Assembly (NCBI GenBank): GCA_963665325.3
Contig: OZ224045.1
Location: forward strand, 2,080,001-2,144,000
From: Alphaproteobacteria bacterium
GTDB taxonomy: Bacteria; Pseudomonadota; Alphaproteobacteria; Bin95
DNA length: 64,000 nucleotides
Direction: 5' to 3'
Under the pieces are notes generated by a model. That model did no database searches. It saw nothing but the letters and a program-made list of their open reading frames with translations, and was not told the origin of the DNA. The first letter of the stretch is position 1. Every line of letters starts with the position of its first letter. A program made the position numbers and the translations under genes. This document shows positions 10,301-19,608 of the stretch, piece by piece.

Positions 10301-11839
10301 CTCGTTGGAGTTTGCCGGAACGACGGCGCTGTCGTCATCGTCCTCGTAGTCGCTGACGCGGTGGATGGTCTCCCAGCCTTCGCCGATCCTGTAGCGGGCA
10401 GGGAGATGACGGGAATGGGCGGCGCCGGCGAGGACGACGGATTCCAGCTGGGCGTCGGAGAGCAGGGCGTCGGCAAGGATCCGGGTGGGTAGTTCGGGGC
10501 GGTAGTCCGGGCAGGGGTGGCGCACTGCTGCCATGGCGGCGGACTGGACCAGCGGTGTGGGGTGCTCGGCGGCGCCGGTTATGCGGAAGGCGGACGGGCG
10601 CCAGGGATGATAGGCCCCGGCGCCGGCGGAAGGAGCCGGGTCGGAGTCGTTGGCGGCGGCGGTCTCGATTGAGAGCGGTGCGGTGGGGCCCCACTCGTGT
10701 GGCATTGGGGTGAGGTGGGTGCGGCTGCCCGAGGGGGGTGTGATGGGCCGGCCGAAAAGATCGGCGGCAGGTCCCAGGGACTGGAGCGGCAGTGTGGCGG
10801 GCGGCTGCTGGCGGGGTGGAAGGTTGCGGCCGAGGGCGGCGAGGAGGTCGGCAGCGGATGAGGCGCGGTCGGTGGGGTCGAGCCGGGAAGAGGGTTTGTC
10901 GGAACGCTCGATGACCGTGAGACGGGTGTCGACGGTGGTTCCCCGGCGCGCATAGAGGCAGCGGTCGATGAGGGACGTGAAGAGGATGCGCGGGGGCGGG
11001 GTCTGGCCGGCGAAAGCGGCGTTCCAGGCGTCGGATCCGGGAATGCAGTTCGGGGAGGTGATCGCGGAGAGGCGTCCGCCCGGGGCGAGCATGGCGTAGG
11101 CGGAGCGGATATGGCGGAGGTCGGCGCGGCGGCTGGTTCTGCCGACTTCGACGGTTGCGGAGAAGGGCGGGTTCATGGCGATGGCCGTCGGATGGAGGCC
11201 TGGCATGAAGTCGGCGAGAGTCTCGGCGTCGTGGGATGTGATGGAGGCGCCCGGGAAGAGGCTGCCGAGGAGGGCGTGCCGGGTTTCGGCGATCTCGTTG
11301 AGGTGGAGGACGGGCCTGGCGTTTTCGGCGAGGAGCTGGCAGGAGGCTGCGAGGATGCCGGTGCCGGCGGAGGGTTCCAGGACGATGTCGCTGTGCTGGA
11401 CGTCGAGGGCAGTGGCTGCAACATAGGCGAGCGGCAGCGGGGTGGAGAACTGCTGCAGCTGGACCTGGTGCTCGGAGCGTTTCGTGTGGGAGGGCTCGAG
11501 GGCGGAGATGCGTTCGAGCATGGCGAGGACGCGGGCAGGACCTTCTTTGGCGGCGTGATTGACCAGGGCGGGTCCGAAGTGCTGCAGGAAGAGAACGGTC
11601 GCTGCTTCGGCGGCCTCGTAGGCCTCTTTCCAGAGCCAGCTGCCGGAATAGTGTCCGAAGACCTGTTTCATGGTCTTGCGGAGAGCGGGGGCGTCGAGCG
11701 GCCGGCCGGCCGAGAGGATGGGCAACAGGGTCTGGGCGGCGGCGAAGATGGCGGCCGCGCGGTTGCGGGTCTGGCCGGCGCCGGAGCGTGGGAGGGGGAG
11801 GATGGGTGCGCCGGAGATGGCGGCGGGGAGTTCATGCAT
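7385..11839 (-). CDS. Strawberry-notch family methyltransferase/helicase fusion
   Basis: N6-MTase motifs VLEPSAGTG and MNPPFS; SNO helicase motifs LGDGTGVGKGR, FDEAH, YVSATGA, AIQGLGRTHRTHQ. Confidence 0.92.
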   Translation of the reverse strand: MHELPAAISGAPILPLPRSGAGQTRNRAAAIFAAAQTLLPILSAGRPLDAPALRKTMKQVFGHYSGSWLWKEAYEAAEAATVLFLQHFGPALVNHAAKEGPARVLAMLERISALEPSHTKRSEHQVQLQQFSTPLPLAYVAATALDVQHSDIVLEPSAGTGILAASCQLLAENARPVLHLNEIAETRHALLGSLFPGASITSHDAETLADFMPGLHPTAIAMNPPFSATVEVGRTSRRADLRHIRSAYAMLAPGGRLSAITSPNCIPGSDAWNAAFAGQTPPPRILFTSLIDRCLYARRGTTVDTRLTVIERSDKPSSRLDPTDRASSAADLLAALGRNLPPRQQPPATLPLQSLGPAADLFGRPITPPSGSRTHLTPMPHEWGPTAPLSIETAAANDSDPAPSAGAGAYHPWRPSAFRITGAAEHPTPLVQSAAMAAVRHPCPDYRPELPTRILADALLSDAQLESVVLAGAAHSRHLPARYRIGEGWETIHRVSDYEDDDDSAVVPANSNEALSLPVHLRRGWMLGDGTGVGKGREAAAVILDNWIKGRRKALWLSQSDKLVEDARRDWTSVGGAAHQIVPISKFRQGTRIALPEGILFATYATLRSPAREGKPSRLDQIVEWLAGSLQEHHCHEFDGVIVFDEAHAMANAAGTRTDHGDTKGSLQGRAGLRLQNALPDARILYVSATGATTIPGLAYATRLGLWSTDDSPFNRRTDFVTAMEAGGVAAMEIVARDLKALGLYQARALSYQGVEVDILEHPLTPSQRRIYDSYAEAFKVIHSNIDAALKATGIVKDDDTLNRRAKAAALSAFEGAKQRFFGHLLTSMKCPTLIRSIREDLEAGHSAVVQLVSTGEALMDRRIAEIPASEWDDLSIDLTPRETVIEFLAHSFPVQLQQEFTDDKGNLYSRPVFDQDGHAVLCQEAIARRDALIGKLAALPPVASALDQIVQHFGHDAVAEITGRSRRVLRINDANGERLTLRSRPASANLAETSAFMQGDKRILVFSMAGGTGRSYHADLGCPNTERRIHYLLEPGWRADQAIQGLGRTHRTHQASAPLFRPVTTDVKGERRFIATIARRLDSLGAITRGQRNSQASMGTDSQTLFNESDNLESPYAKAALRLLYAAIHRGIIKEWSVKRFQEATGLKIVHEGSLKEDLPPMPQFLNRLLALPIDEQNQLFTELETRIDENIDRAREAGTYEVGVETVRADSLTITARETLFEHPRSSAVTELVEIARRNRLVPLPADEAIDTASRYGDADGKPRLVINTRSGRAAFILPAPSRLFDDGGVQRRVRLVRPASHETIPYADLQASNWTLSNEAPWRAHWQRELAGLPSHTDSRFWITSGLLLPIWNRLPDDNMRVRRLTTDDGEQLIGRVLDADQVRKVRKAFNLEGSTELTGEEAYDAILNRGTALPLSNGWRLTRRSISGDNRVELEGPDDTDTEALRQLGCTIELINWRARIFPTAPHVLDRIFARWPLAA

Positions 11840-11955
11840 CAGCGGGGTCCCGATCGGTCAATGGCGGCGCCGGGCGTTCTTGCAGCCCGGTGTCATTGGG
11901 TTCGGGAAGAGCCTGCTTTTCTGGTCTCTGGAGTGGGCCGTGATGGCGAAAGGTG

Positions 11956-12282
11956 TCAGAGTGAAATGCGATGAATTCCGGGCTGGGGGTTGGAATGGAG
12001 AAGTTCCGTTGCAGAGGGAATCAGGGGTTGAAGATCGTTGAGTCGGTTGGTCACGGAGACGAGTATGAGGACGGCAATCGGGATGGTGTGGAGGTTTTGC
12101 TGGTATTCAATCCCGCGATCTACGGTGAGGAGGGCGTCAAAGGAGTGGGATGCTGCGCGGCGCAGGAGTTCTCCGTTGGATATCCCTGACCAGCCCATGA
12201 TTTGGGTGGTGAGGATGTCGAACTGAGGCGGGAAGAGAACGGACAGGCGGCGGGGAAGGGATTCGTCAAGCAGCAGCTTCAT
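11956..12282 (-). CDS. DUF5615/PIN-like toxin (VapC45 type)
   Basis: MKLLLDESLP..GWSGISNGELL..LLTVDRGIEYQQN; overlaps the DUF433 gene. Confidence 0.85.
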   Translation of the reverse strand: MKLLLDESLPRRLSVLFPPQFDILTTQIMGWSGISNGELLRRAASHSFDALLTVDRGIEYQQNLHTIPIAVLILVSVTNRLNDLQPLIPSATELLHSNPQPGIHRISL

Positions 12283-12490
12283 TGGGAGAGCTTGTCAGGA
12301 TTGTCTTTGCGCGTTCGAGAACTGCGACGGCCTGGTCGCGAGTGACCGTCGGATAGTCGTAGAGAAATTCATGAAGCGGATCGCCCGCTTCCAGATATTC
12401 GATGAGCGTTCGGACGGGGACCCGGGTTCCGGCAAAAACGGGAGTGCCTGCGAGAATTTCAGGGTCGCGGTTGATGAGCGTGTCGGTCAT
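12266..12490 (-). CDS. DUF433 antitoxin
   Basis: DPEILAGTPVFAGTRVPV..FLYDYPTV. Confidence 0.9.
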   Translation of the reverse strand: MTDTLINRDPEILAGTPVFAGTRVPVRTLIEYLEAGDPLHEFLYDYPTVTRDQAVAVLERAKTILTSSPNEAAA

Positions 12491-12608
12491 GGGAACCTGC
12501 GCGTTTGTGTTGTCAGGAACGAGAGGCAGGCTTGTGCCGGTTCGGGAATCATATCACAGCCGGGGTGAGAGGTGGATGTTGGCTTCGCTGGACTGAAGGT
12601 CGGCGGGG

Positions 12609-14117
12609 TCAGGCGGCGAGAGAGTGGAGATGCGGCCGGACGTTGGCTGCGACGAGAGCTTCGGCCACGTCGGGGCAGACGGAGTTTCCGCACATCCGGA
12701 TCTGGGCTTCCTTGGTGAGAGGCTTGCCGTTCAGCTCGAAGGCGATGCGGTATGTGTCCGGGAACCCCTGGGCGTTGTAGAGCTCGCGGGCGGCGAGCAT
12801 GCGCATGCCGATATCGGTGAGCTGGTAGTCGATGGCATCGACGGTGACGAGGCCGAAGCGGGCTTTTGTTGTTGCTATAGGACAGGGGTGCCGGAGTTCC
12901 GATCCGGTGTTGGTGCCGTAGTATTTGGCGAGGAAGGCGGCTACGAGCGCTTTGTGCTGGCCCTGGGCGAGGATGGTGTTGACGGGCTTTCGAAGGTCTC
13001 CGGACCCGCCATTGGTGTTGCTGTGGTGGAAGTTGGTAAGGCAGGCGGAGACGAGAGTGGTCTTGCCGCCTCCACCGGGCATGACCGTGGGCATGGGATT
13101 GTTCAGGGCCTGTCCGGTGCTGGCGCCGAACTCGCGGGTGAGGAGAGACGTGACGAGAGCCTGGTTGGAGCCCCGGGAGACGATGGTGCTGACGGGCTCG
13201 TTGCAGGAGTGGCCGGTCATTCCCGTGTTGTGCTGGGCCATGTGGGCCGCAACGATGGCGAGCTCTCCGCGCTTCGCGGTGGTGATGGTCCGCAGGGGCT
13301 CGGTAATGGCGTGTGTGCGGTGGTCGCCGGCATGGGTGACGGGGATGATGAAGGGCTGGGCGGCGTCCAGAACGTAGCGTTTGACGCCTCGAGCGATGCG
13401 GGCGAGGGTTTTGTTGGCGAGCGGGCGGCGGACGCCGATTTTGCGGGCCTGCTTGCGTGACAGGAAGATGGAGTGGACGGGGATGGTCCAGTCCATGCAG
13501 TCGGCGGCGACGCGGAAGGGTCGGCGCCCGGGGCCGTGAGTGGGTTCGGGCCAGGCGATCGGAAGGCCGTCCCGGCGGGCGACCAGGAAGAAGCGGGTTC
13601 TGAAGGTGGGCGATCCGTAGTCGCATCCGCGCAGCTTGCGCCACTCGAAGCGGTATCCTGCGTCGGAGAGTGCCGCGAGCCATGCGCGGAAGGTCTCGCC
13701 TTCGCGCGACTTGTCGGGGCGGCCGTTCGCAAGGAGCGGTCCCCACCCCATGAACTCCTGGACGTTTTCCAGCATGATGACGCCGGGACGGGCAAGGCGC
13801 GCCCAGTGGATGACGACCCAGGCGAGGTCGCGGCTGCGCTGCTGGTCCGGGCGGATGGGAGCGGCGCCCTTGGCAACGCTGAAATGCGTGCAGTCGGGAC
13901 TGAACCACGCCAGAGAGATGGGACCGCGTCGGGAGATCTCTGCGGGGTCGACCGACCATACGTCCTGGAGGTGGTGGATCGTGGCAGGGTGGTTGAGGCG
14001 GTGCATGGCGACTGCTTCGGGATCGTGGTTGACGGCAATGTCGACCGGGCGGCCGAGGGCCTTTTCGATTCCGAGCGATGCACCTCCCCCGCCGGCGAAG
14101 TTGTCGACGGTGAGCAT
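12609..14117 (-). CDS. DNA (cytosine-5) methyltransferase, orphan
   Basis: FAGGGG, SPDCTHFS and ENV motifs, C-terminal GNSV; about five PxxTI-like repeats in the variable region. Confidence 0.92.
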   Translation of the reverse strand: MLTVDNFAGGGGASLGIEKALGRPVDIAVNHDPEAVAMHRLNHPATIHHLQDVWSVDPAEISRRGPISLAWFSPDCTHFSVAKGAAPIRPDQQRSRDLAWVVIHWARLARPGVIMLENVQEFMGWGPLLANGRPDKSREGETFRAWLAALSDAGYRFEWRKLRGCDYGSPTFRTRFFLVARRDGLPIAWPEPTHGPGRRPFRVAADCMDWTIPVHSIFLSRKQARKIGVRRPLANKTLARIARGVKRYVLDAAQPFIIPVTHAGDHRTHAITEPLRTITTAKRGELAIVAAHMAQHNTGMTGHSCNEPVSTIVSRGSNQALVTSLLTREFGASTGQALNNPMPTVMPGGGGKTTLVSACLTNFHHSNTNGGSGDLRKPVNTILAQGQHKALVAAFLAKYYGTNTGSELRHPCPIATTKARFGLVTVDAIDYQLTDIGMRMLAARELYNAQGFPDTYRIAFELNGKPLTKEAQIRMCGNSVCPDVAEALVAANVRPHLHSLAA

Positions 14118-14134
14118 GGGGATTCTCCGGTGGG

Positions 14135-14890
14135 TCAGATCAGGCCGGCTTCGGCGAAGCTGAGATGGCCGGAGTTGGTGATGATGATGTGGTCGAGGAG
14201 CCTGATGCAGAGGCAGGCGGCGCCGGTCTTTATCTCTTTGGTGAGCGCGAGGTCGTGGGGGGACGGTTCTGCCACCTGGCTGGGGTGGTTATGCACGAGC
14301 ACGATGGCGGTGGCGTTGAGTTCCAGGGTCCGCATGACGATGTCGCGGGGATGGGCGGGGACGTTGTTGACGGTGCCGGTGCGGTGCAGCTCGAAGGCGA
14401 TGGGCCGGTTGCGGATGTCGAGGTAGAGGATGTGCAGTTCCTCGTGCGGTTTGTGACCGATGAGGGACCGGCAGTGCTCGATCACGGACTTGTAGTTGTT
14501 GAGCATCGGGTTGACGTTGGTCGGGAGGCGCGCTGTGGAGTGCCGGATGGCGAGGGATTCGGCGACCTTGATTGCGACGATGGCGTCATTGTCGATGCCG
14601 GGGATGGAGCGCAGGCGGCCGGGAGTGGCGGCAAGGATGCGGGAGGGGTCGCGGAAGACGTCCAGCAGGGTGTCGGCAAGCGCTTCGGCCTCGTCGTTCG
14701 GCCGGGAGCCCGAAAGGAGAAGGGTGACGAGCTCGCGCTCGTCTAGGATGTCCGGCTGTTCGCCTATGAGCCTGAGGGCGGGAGAAGCAAGCGCAGAGGC
14801 CGGCGCTGTTTCGGCGTGGGTGCAGGGGCTGGAAGCGAAGAGGGGTAGGCCGGGCGTGCGCGGGGCCGCGCAGTCGTCGAGCGGGGGCAT
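14135..14890 (-). CDS. radC: RadC/JAB-domain protein
   Basis: HNHPS..PSPHD..LLDHIII; start chosen at the internal ATG. Confidence 0.85.
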   Translation of the reverse strand: MPPLDDCAAPRTPGLPLFASSPCTHAETAPASALASPALRLIGEQPDILDERELVTLLLSGSRPNDEAEALADTLLDVFRDPSRILAATPGRLRSIPGIDNDAIVAIKVAESLAIRHSTARLPTNVNPMLNNYKSVIEHCRSLIGHKPHEELHILYLDIRNRPIAFELHRTGTVNNVPAHPRDIVMRTLELNATAIVLVHNHPSQVAEPSPHDLALTKEIKTGAACLCIRLLDHIIITNSGHLSFAEAGLI

Positions 14891-15083
14891 TGGCAGGGTC
14901 CCATAGCGTCGGGGGTCGATGACGGACCGGAGCGGTCCGATCTGGCCGAAAGCGGCTTTCCTCGGCTTTGGGCTGCGGTGCTCAGAGGCTGACCTGGATG
15001 GGGGACAGGAACTTGCGGTGAGCGAGGGGTGTTGGGACCGGTCAGTTGTCTTCTGGCTGGTGGACCTGGATTGTGTCTGCGAG

Positions 15084-15593
15084 TCAGCCCTGGATGTGGC
15101 GTGTGACGAGCAGGCCGGTGAGGAAGGCATCTGCCTGAGTAGTTCGCCGGATGTCCTTCCAATGTTGAAGCGCTCTGATTGCTAGCTGGTGGTAGTACAG
15201 GGCATCGGATCGCTGGAAGAGGCGATAGGTGTTGTAGTCGGCTTGGTGCCGGGCTTCCTGAAGGTCTTGGAATGTTTGTGCGATTGCAACGAGCCGGGGG
15301 TCTATGGCAACGCCGGTGAAGGCTGGGGCCAGGTTGCTGGGAGGGTTGCCTGCCGCGAATGACTTGCAGACGGCGCGCATGTCGGAGTGGCGGAAGGCAC
15401 GGGAGACGCATTGACGGATGGAGGTACGATGCGGGCCCGGCATCATCCGTCGTGTCGCGTCGTCGACCAAGCAATGGAACAAAGCGTAGTACGACGCCGA
15501 TATGGCGCGGCGCAGGCTGGCTTGGGAGGGGCGTCTGGGTTCTTTTGTCGCCAGGTGATGCGCCTGCTTCAGCAGGTCGGCATGCAGGCTCAT
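15084..15593 (-). CDS. HEPN-like protein (putative toxin)
   Basis: RRAISASYYALFH and LQEARHQADY. Confidence 0.75.
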   Translation of the reverse strand: MSLHADLLKQAHHLATKEPRRPSQASLRRAISASYYALFHCLVDDATRRMMPGPHRTSIRQCVSRAFRHSDMRAVCKSFAAGNPPSNLAPAFTGVAIDPRLVAIAQTFQDLQEARHQADYNTYRLFQRSDALYYHQLAIRALQHWKDIRRTTQADAFLTGLLVTRHIQG

Positions 15594-15877
15594 CCGATCT
15601 CCTCCGCCTCAGCGGGGGTCTTGAAGCTGACATAGACAGAGACAGGGAATTCGCTGCGTTCCCGGATAAATTGGAGGACGCGGTCGCGAATCTGGATACG
15701 GGTATCGATATCGGTGTTTTCGTCGGGGAGAACAGCCCAGATCCACACGGCGGGATCGTCGGCGGAGTCGGAGCCGATTTCGACGAGCCAATCGGAAACC
15801 GGCGTAGGTAAAGGATTACATTCGGTGAGGGCGGTGCGGATTTCGCTGTTTGCGAACTTCATGGCGCTATCGCTCAT
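15590..15877 (-). CDS. Small acidic partner of the HEPN gene (MNT-like antitoxin candidate)
   Basis: 95 aa, overlaps the HEPN start; GSDSADDPAVWIW. Confidence 0.55.
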   Translation of the reverse strand: MSDSAMKFANSEIRTALTECNPLPTPVSDWLVEIGSDSADDPAVWIWAVLPDENTDIDTRIQIRDRVLQFIRERSEFPVSVYVSFKTPAEAEEIG

Positions 15878-15942
15878 CGAAGGTTTCCTTTTGGGTAGTT
15901 ACTTTCGTGAGGACAGGACTGCAAGGGCAAAGCAGCGGCGGG

Positions 15943-16248
15943 CTACGGTTGCTGTAGCGGTTGAGCATCGGAGGGAATGTCGAGCTGCATCTGGCCGCGC
16001 TCGGTGAGGATATGCGGAACCTCGATCGGCGTGGGCGATGTGCCCGGGTCGGAGTTGGCACCGTCGCAGGCGGCAACAATGAAGATCGGGCCGGCGTAGT
16101 CGAGGCTTTTCCATCCGTCGTCGAAATTGGCCTCCTCGATCGCTCTGTTGAGGGCCGTGTCGAGGTCCTCGTCGTCGGAGACCTCGATCTGGACGGTATT
16201 CGACATGTAGGTGGCGAAGCAGCACTGGACAGAGACGGTGCGCGACAT
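15943..16248 (-). CDS. Hypothetical protein (101 aa)
   Basis: ATG overlaps the upstream stop (TGATG); acidic composition. Confidence 0.6.
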   Translation of the reverse strand: MSRTVSVQCCFATYMSNTVQIEVSDDEDLDTALNRAIEEANFDDGWKSLDYAGPIFIVAACDGANSDPGTSPTPIEVPHILTERGQMQLDIPSDAQPLQQP

Positions 16249-17540
16249 CAGGCGGCTTCCTTCGGTTCGGGTCCGGCAATGGAGACGGAGATCCTGTTGC
16301 GGTCGATGGTAATGGTGACCGGGCGCTCGCGTGGTGCGATCCAATGGATATGGCGGCATACCATCTCCTTGATCGCGTCGATGGTGGCTTCGTCCTCGGA
16401 GCAGAGCAGCCGGGTCGCGATCCGGTTCGCTTCCAGCATGAAGTCGTTGCGCTGGGTTTCCCAGGCATTGGCTTCGGCATCGTCGGAGTAGCAGAAGAAG
16501 GCGCTGTAGATGAGGTCTGCCAGCTCGAAGGGTTGGAGGTTGCTCGAGGCGGAGACGAGCGGCGCTATCTCCTCGACGTAGCAGTCCTGGTCGCAGGCGA
16601 ACGCCATGTCGGCGTCGGTGACGATGGCCGTCGTGGAACCGTCCGGATGTTGGATCTCCAGATGCATCGTCATGGCGTCGGGGCGAATGCCGGCCGGGGT
16701 GTCGTCTGTCGGGTAGTCTTCGAGGGCACGGCTGTGTTCGCCCGCGATGACTTCGATGCGGACTCCGGTGATCCGCGGCAGGCAATCGTACCAGTCGTAG
16801 CCGGCGAGATCGCTCTCGGGGCGGTAGAGACGCTCGGCGATGCTGGCGCGCTGCGCTGCGCGCCAGAAGGCCTGCGAGAGCGGCGGCTCGTCCTCGAAGT
16901 CGACGACGAGGGCGTCGACCGGGAGGATTTCGGGGGCGGGGTCCTCCTGGTTGTTGCACCAGTCGGCGTTGCGAGGACGCCACGGGTGGAGGTGCGGGGG
17001 CGCCGGGCGGATGTGGATGCCGGCATCGCGGGCGGCCGTCCAGGTCTTGTAGGTGGGCCGGGGATCGGGGTGTGCGGCCATTGCCCTGTAGATGGCGTGG
17101 GTGGAGGCCTCGTGCATGCGAGGGACGAAGGGGGTTGCGACGAGCTGCTTGCGGGCCGGGAGGACGAGCTCCAGCTCGGGACAGTCCCGGACGTCGGCGC
17201 GGATGGACCAGGTCGGGCCGCCTACGGAGGAGATTTCGGGGAAGCCGGTCTCGATCGTGTGGCCGTGGAAGTTGATCGTCGGGTCGTGGAAATGCTTGCG
17301 TCCGTTGACCATGACCCCGAAGTCGATGCCGTGCCATGCCTCACGGTGGACGGCGTCCTGGAGGAAGTCGCGGCGCGGGAGGGTTTCTCCGTCTTCAGGC
17401 GAGTCCGGAAGACCGGAAAGGGTTACAGGGAGCGGGTGGTAGAGGGCGGCCGCTTCGGTGGCTCTCCGGATGTCGAGGACGTGGGAAACGATGAGGAACG
17501 ATATGGTGAGTGTGCTCTCGGTATCTGATGGCGGGATGGT
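16248..17540 (-). pseudogene. 3' part of a GHKL/HATPase-domain gene split by the DDE element
   Basis: Removing 17541-21890 joins ..PHGTSI to TIPPSD.. in frame. Confidence 0.8.
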
Positions 17541-17752
17541 CACGTTGTTCGATGGTTTTCAGGCGTCGGGCCGGGCGTGACGGCGGGGGTGTCGGACGGC
17601 CGTCGGCGCGTCAAGCCGCTTCGCGGCTCCTGCGCTGCGCTCCGGCCCTTCGGGTGACCCGCCGCCGTCCCTCCGACGGAGTGCATCCATGGCCGTAAGC
17701 AAGCTTCCGGCCACGGGCCGGCCGCTTTACGCAGTGTGACAATGGGAGCGGT

Positions 17753-17813
17753 GTTACCCGTTACCGTTACCCTCTCTCCCTAGGGGTTCGAGGCGGTAAC
17801 GGTTTTCGGTAAC
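17753..17813. repeat. GTTACC x3 facing GGTAAC x2 (iteron-like)
   Basis: Seen directly at the 3' end of the AAA gene. Confidence 0.6.
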
Positions 17814-18778
17814 GTGTCCCTGCGGTCGTTGCCGTTGAGGGCGGCGAGGCGGTATCCGCCTTCGGATGCGCGCTCGACGCGTCCTTCGCGGACGAGCCTG
17901 TGCAGCGCCTCGGCGACGGTTGCGGGCCGGGTTGCCGCGCGCTCGCGGATCCGGCGCTGGGAGAGCGGCGCGTCGGCGTCGGCGAGGGCCTGCAGGATGC
18001 GCCGTTCGGGGGTATCCGGCTCCGGCGCCTGGTCTTCCGGCGTCTCGCGCAACCGCAGGGCGGGGCGCTCGTCGTCGTCGGCGAGTTCGATCTCGAGGTC
18101 TTCGAGGCCAGGGGCGTCGCGATGCTCGACGGTCATGAGGATCTGGCGGTCTCGCCGGCGCAGGTACAGATTCGAATCGCCCCAGGCGTGAAGTTCGCTG
18201 CTGCCGCGCAGCGCCTGCCCGGGCCGGGAGCCGCCGCTCTTTCGTGCGTGATGGACGAGGAGGACGGCGGTTTCGAAGCGGCGCTGTATGTCGCGCAGGA
18301 AGCCCAGCATGGGGGCGACCTCGGCGACGGTATTTTCGTCGACGCCGTGCAGGCGCACGAGGGGGTCGAGGACGACGAGGCGGGGTGAGACGCGCTCCAC
18401 CGTCTCGACCAGGCGCTGGCGATCGGCGCGATGGTCGAGACGCAGCGTGGGCACGTCGATGACGGCGATGTCGAGGGTCTCGAACGCGGTGCCTGCCGCC
18501 TTTGCGATGCCCTGGAGGCGTGCGCGCACGATATGGCCGGCGTCCTCGGCGGCGAACAGCAGCACGGGGCCGCTTGCGGCGGGACGGAAGTGGCGCAGGC
18601 AGGGGACGCCGGCGGCGACCGCGACGGCGATGTCGAGTGCGAGGAAGGATTTGCCGCACTTGGGCTCGCCGCCGACGATGCCGACGCCCTGCTCGGACCA
18701 CAACGCCTCGACCATCCAGCGGCGCGCCTGGGGGCGCTCTTCGAGCTCCGCCGGCGCCCGTGTCGGGAAGCCCTTCAC
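17780..18778 (-). CDS. AAA_25/RepA-like (RecA-fold) ATPase with C-terminal HTH
   Basis: GGEPKCGKS, LFAAED, VVLDPLVRLH, LLVHHARK, LRGSSELHAWGD; GTG start overlaps the upstream stop. Confidence 0.85.
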   Translation of the reverse strand: MKGFPTRAPAELEERPQARRWMVEALWSEQGVGIVGGEPKCGKSFLALDIAVAVAAGVPCLRHFRPAASGPVLLFAAEDAGHIVRARLQGIAKAAGTAFETLDIAVIDVPTLRLDHRADRQRLVETVERVSPRLVVLDPLVRLHGVDENTVAEVAPMLGFLRDIQRRFETAVLLVHHARKSGGSRPGQALRGSSELHAWGDSNLYLRRRDRQILMTVEHRDAPGLEDLEIELADDDERPALRLRETPEDQAPEPDTPERRILQALADADAPLSQRRIRERAATRPATVAEALHRLVREGRVERASEGGYRLAALNGNDRRDTLPKTVTASNP

Positions 18779-19608
18779 CGCCGCGCCCTCCTCGGCTTGG
18801 CGGGTTCGCCCAGGGTCTCGATGAAGAGCTTCTCGTCGAGGACCTCGCGCTCCTTCTCGGCGGCGGCGGCGAGCAGGGCGTCGGCCATGACGGTGAGCGC
18901 CCGCGGGTTGCCGTCGGCATGGGCGACCAGGGTGTCCTTGAGGCCCGCGGTCATGAGGCCGGGATTGCCGGCCTGCTCGATCAGATGGTCGAGCAGGGCC
19001 GCGAGGTCGCCGGCCTCGGCCTTGGTCATGACCAGGCGCTGGCGGATGCGCGAGGCGATGGGCTGCAGATCGGGCTGGCGGAGCTTGTCGAGCAGGCGCG
19101 TGTCGCCGGCGAGGACGACCGAGAGGATGGCGCGCGAGTCGAAGTCGGTCGAAGCCAGCAGGCGGATCTCGGAGAACACCGAGGGCAGCAGCTCCTGGGC
19201 CTCGTCGACGAGCACGACGGGGCGCATGCGGGTATCGTCGACATGGGCGAGCCAGCGCTCGCGCAGGCTTTTGAAGCTGGCCCAGCGGTTGTTGTACATC
19301 AGGTCGACGCCGAACATCTCGCCGATCTCGCGGTAGAAGTCGGACAGCCGGGAGGAGGGATGGGTGATGGCGGCGATGCTGAGCCCCTCGCAGCGGCCGA
19401 GACGGTCGGCGAGCAGGCGCAACGCCACACTCTTTCCGGCGCCGGGCTCGCCGGCGATCAAGGCGAAGCCGCCCTGGCGCACCAGGTGGCGCTCGATCCT
19501 GAGGCAGAAGCTGTCGACGGCAGGCGTCGCCATGAGACTGTCGACCGGCAGGTCGGTGGCGAAGGGGTTCCACTTGAGCCCGTAGAAGGTGAGCAGTTCC
19601 CGGTTCAT
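18775..19608 (-). CDS. ExeA-like AAA ATPase (transposition helper)
   Basis: YGLKWNPF, GEPGAGKS, VLVDEAQ, GNPR. Confidence 0.9.
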   Translation of the reverse strand: MNRELLTFYGLKWNPFATDLPVDSLMATPAVDSFCLRIERHLVRQGGFALIAGEPGAGKSVALRLLADRLGRCEGLSIAAITHPSSRLSDFYREIGEMFGVDLMYNNRWASFKSLRERWLAHVDDTRMRPVVLVDEAQELLPSVFSEIRLLASTDFDSRAILSVVLAGDTRLLDKLRQPDLQPIASRIRQRLVMTKAEAGDLAALLDHLIEQAGNPGLMTAGLKDTLVAHADGNPRALTVMADALLAAAAEKEREVLDEKLFIETLGEPAKPRRARR

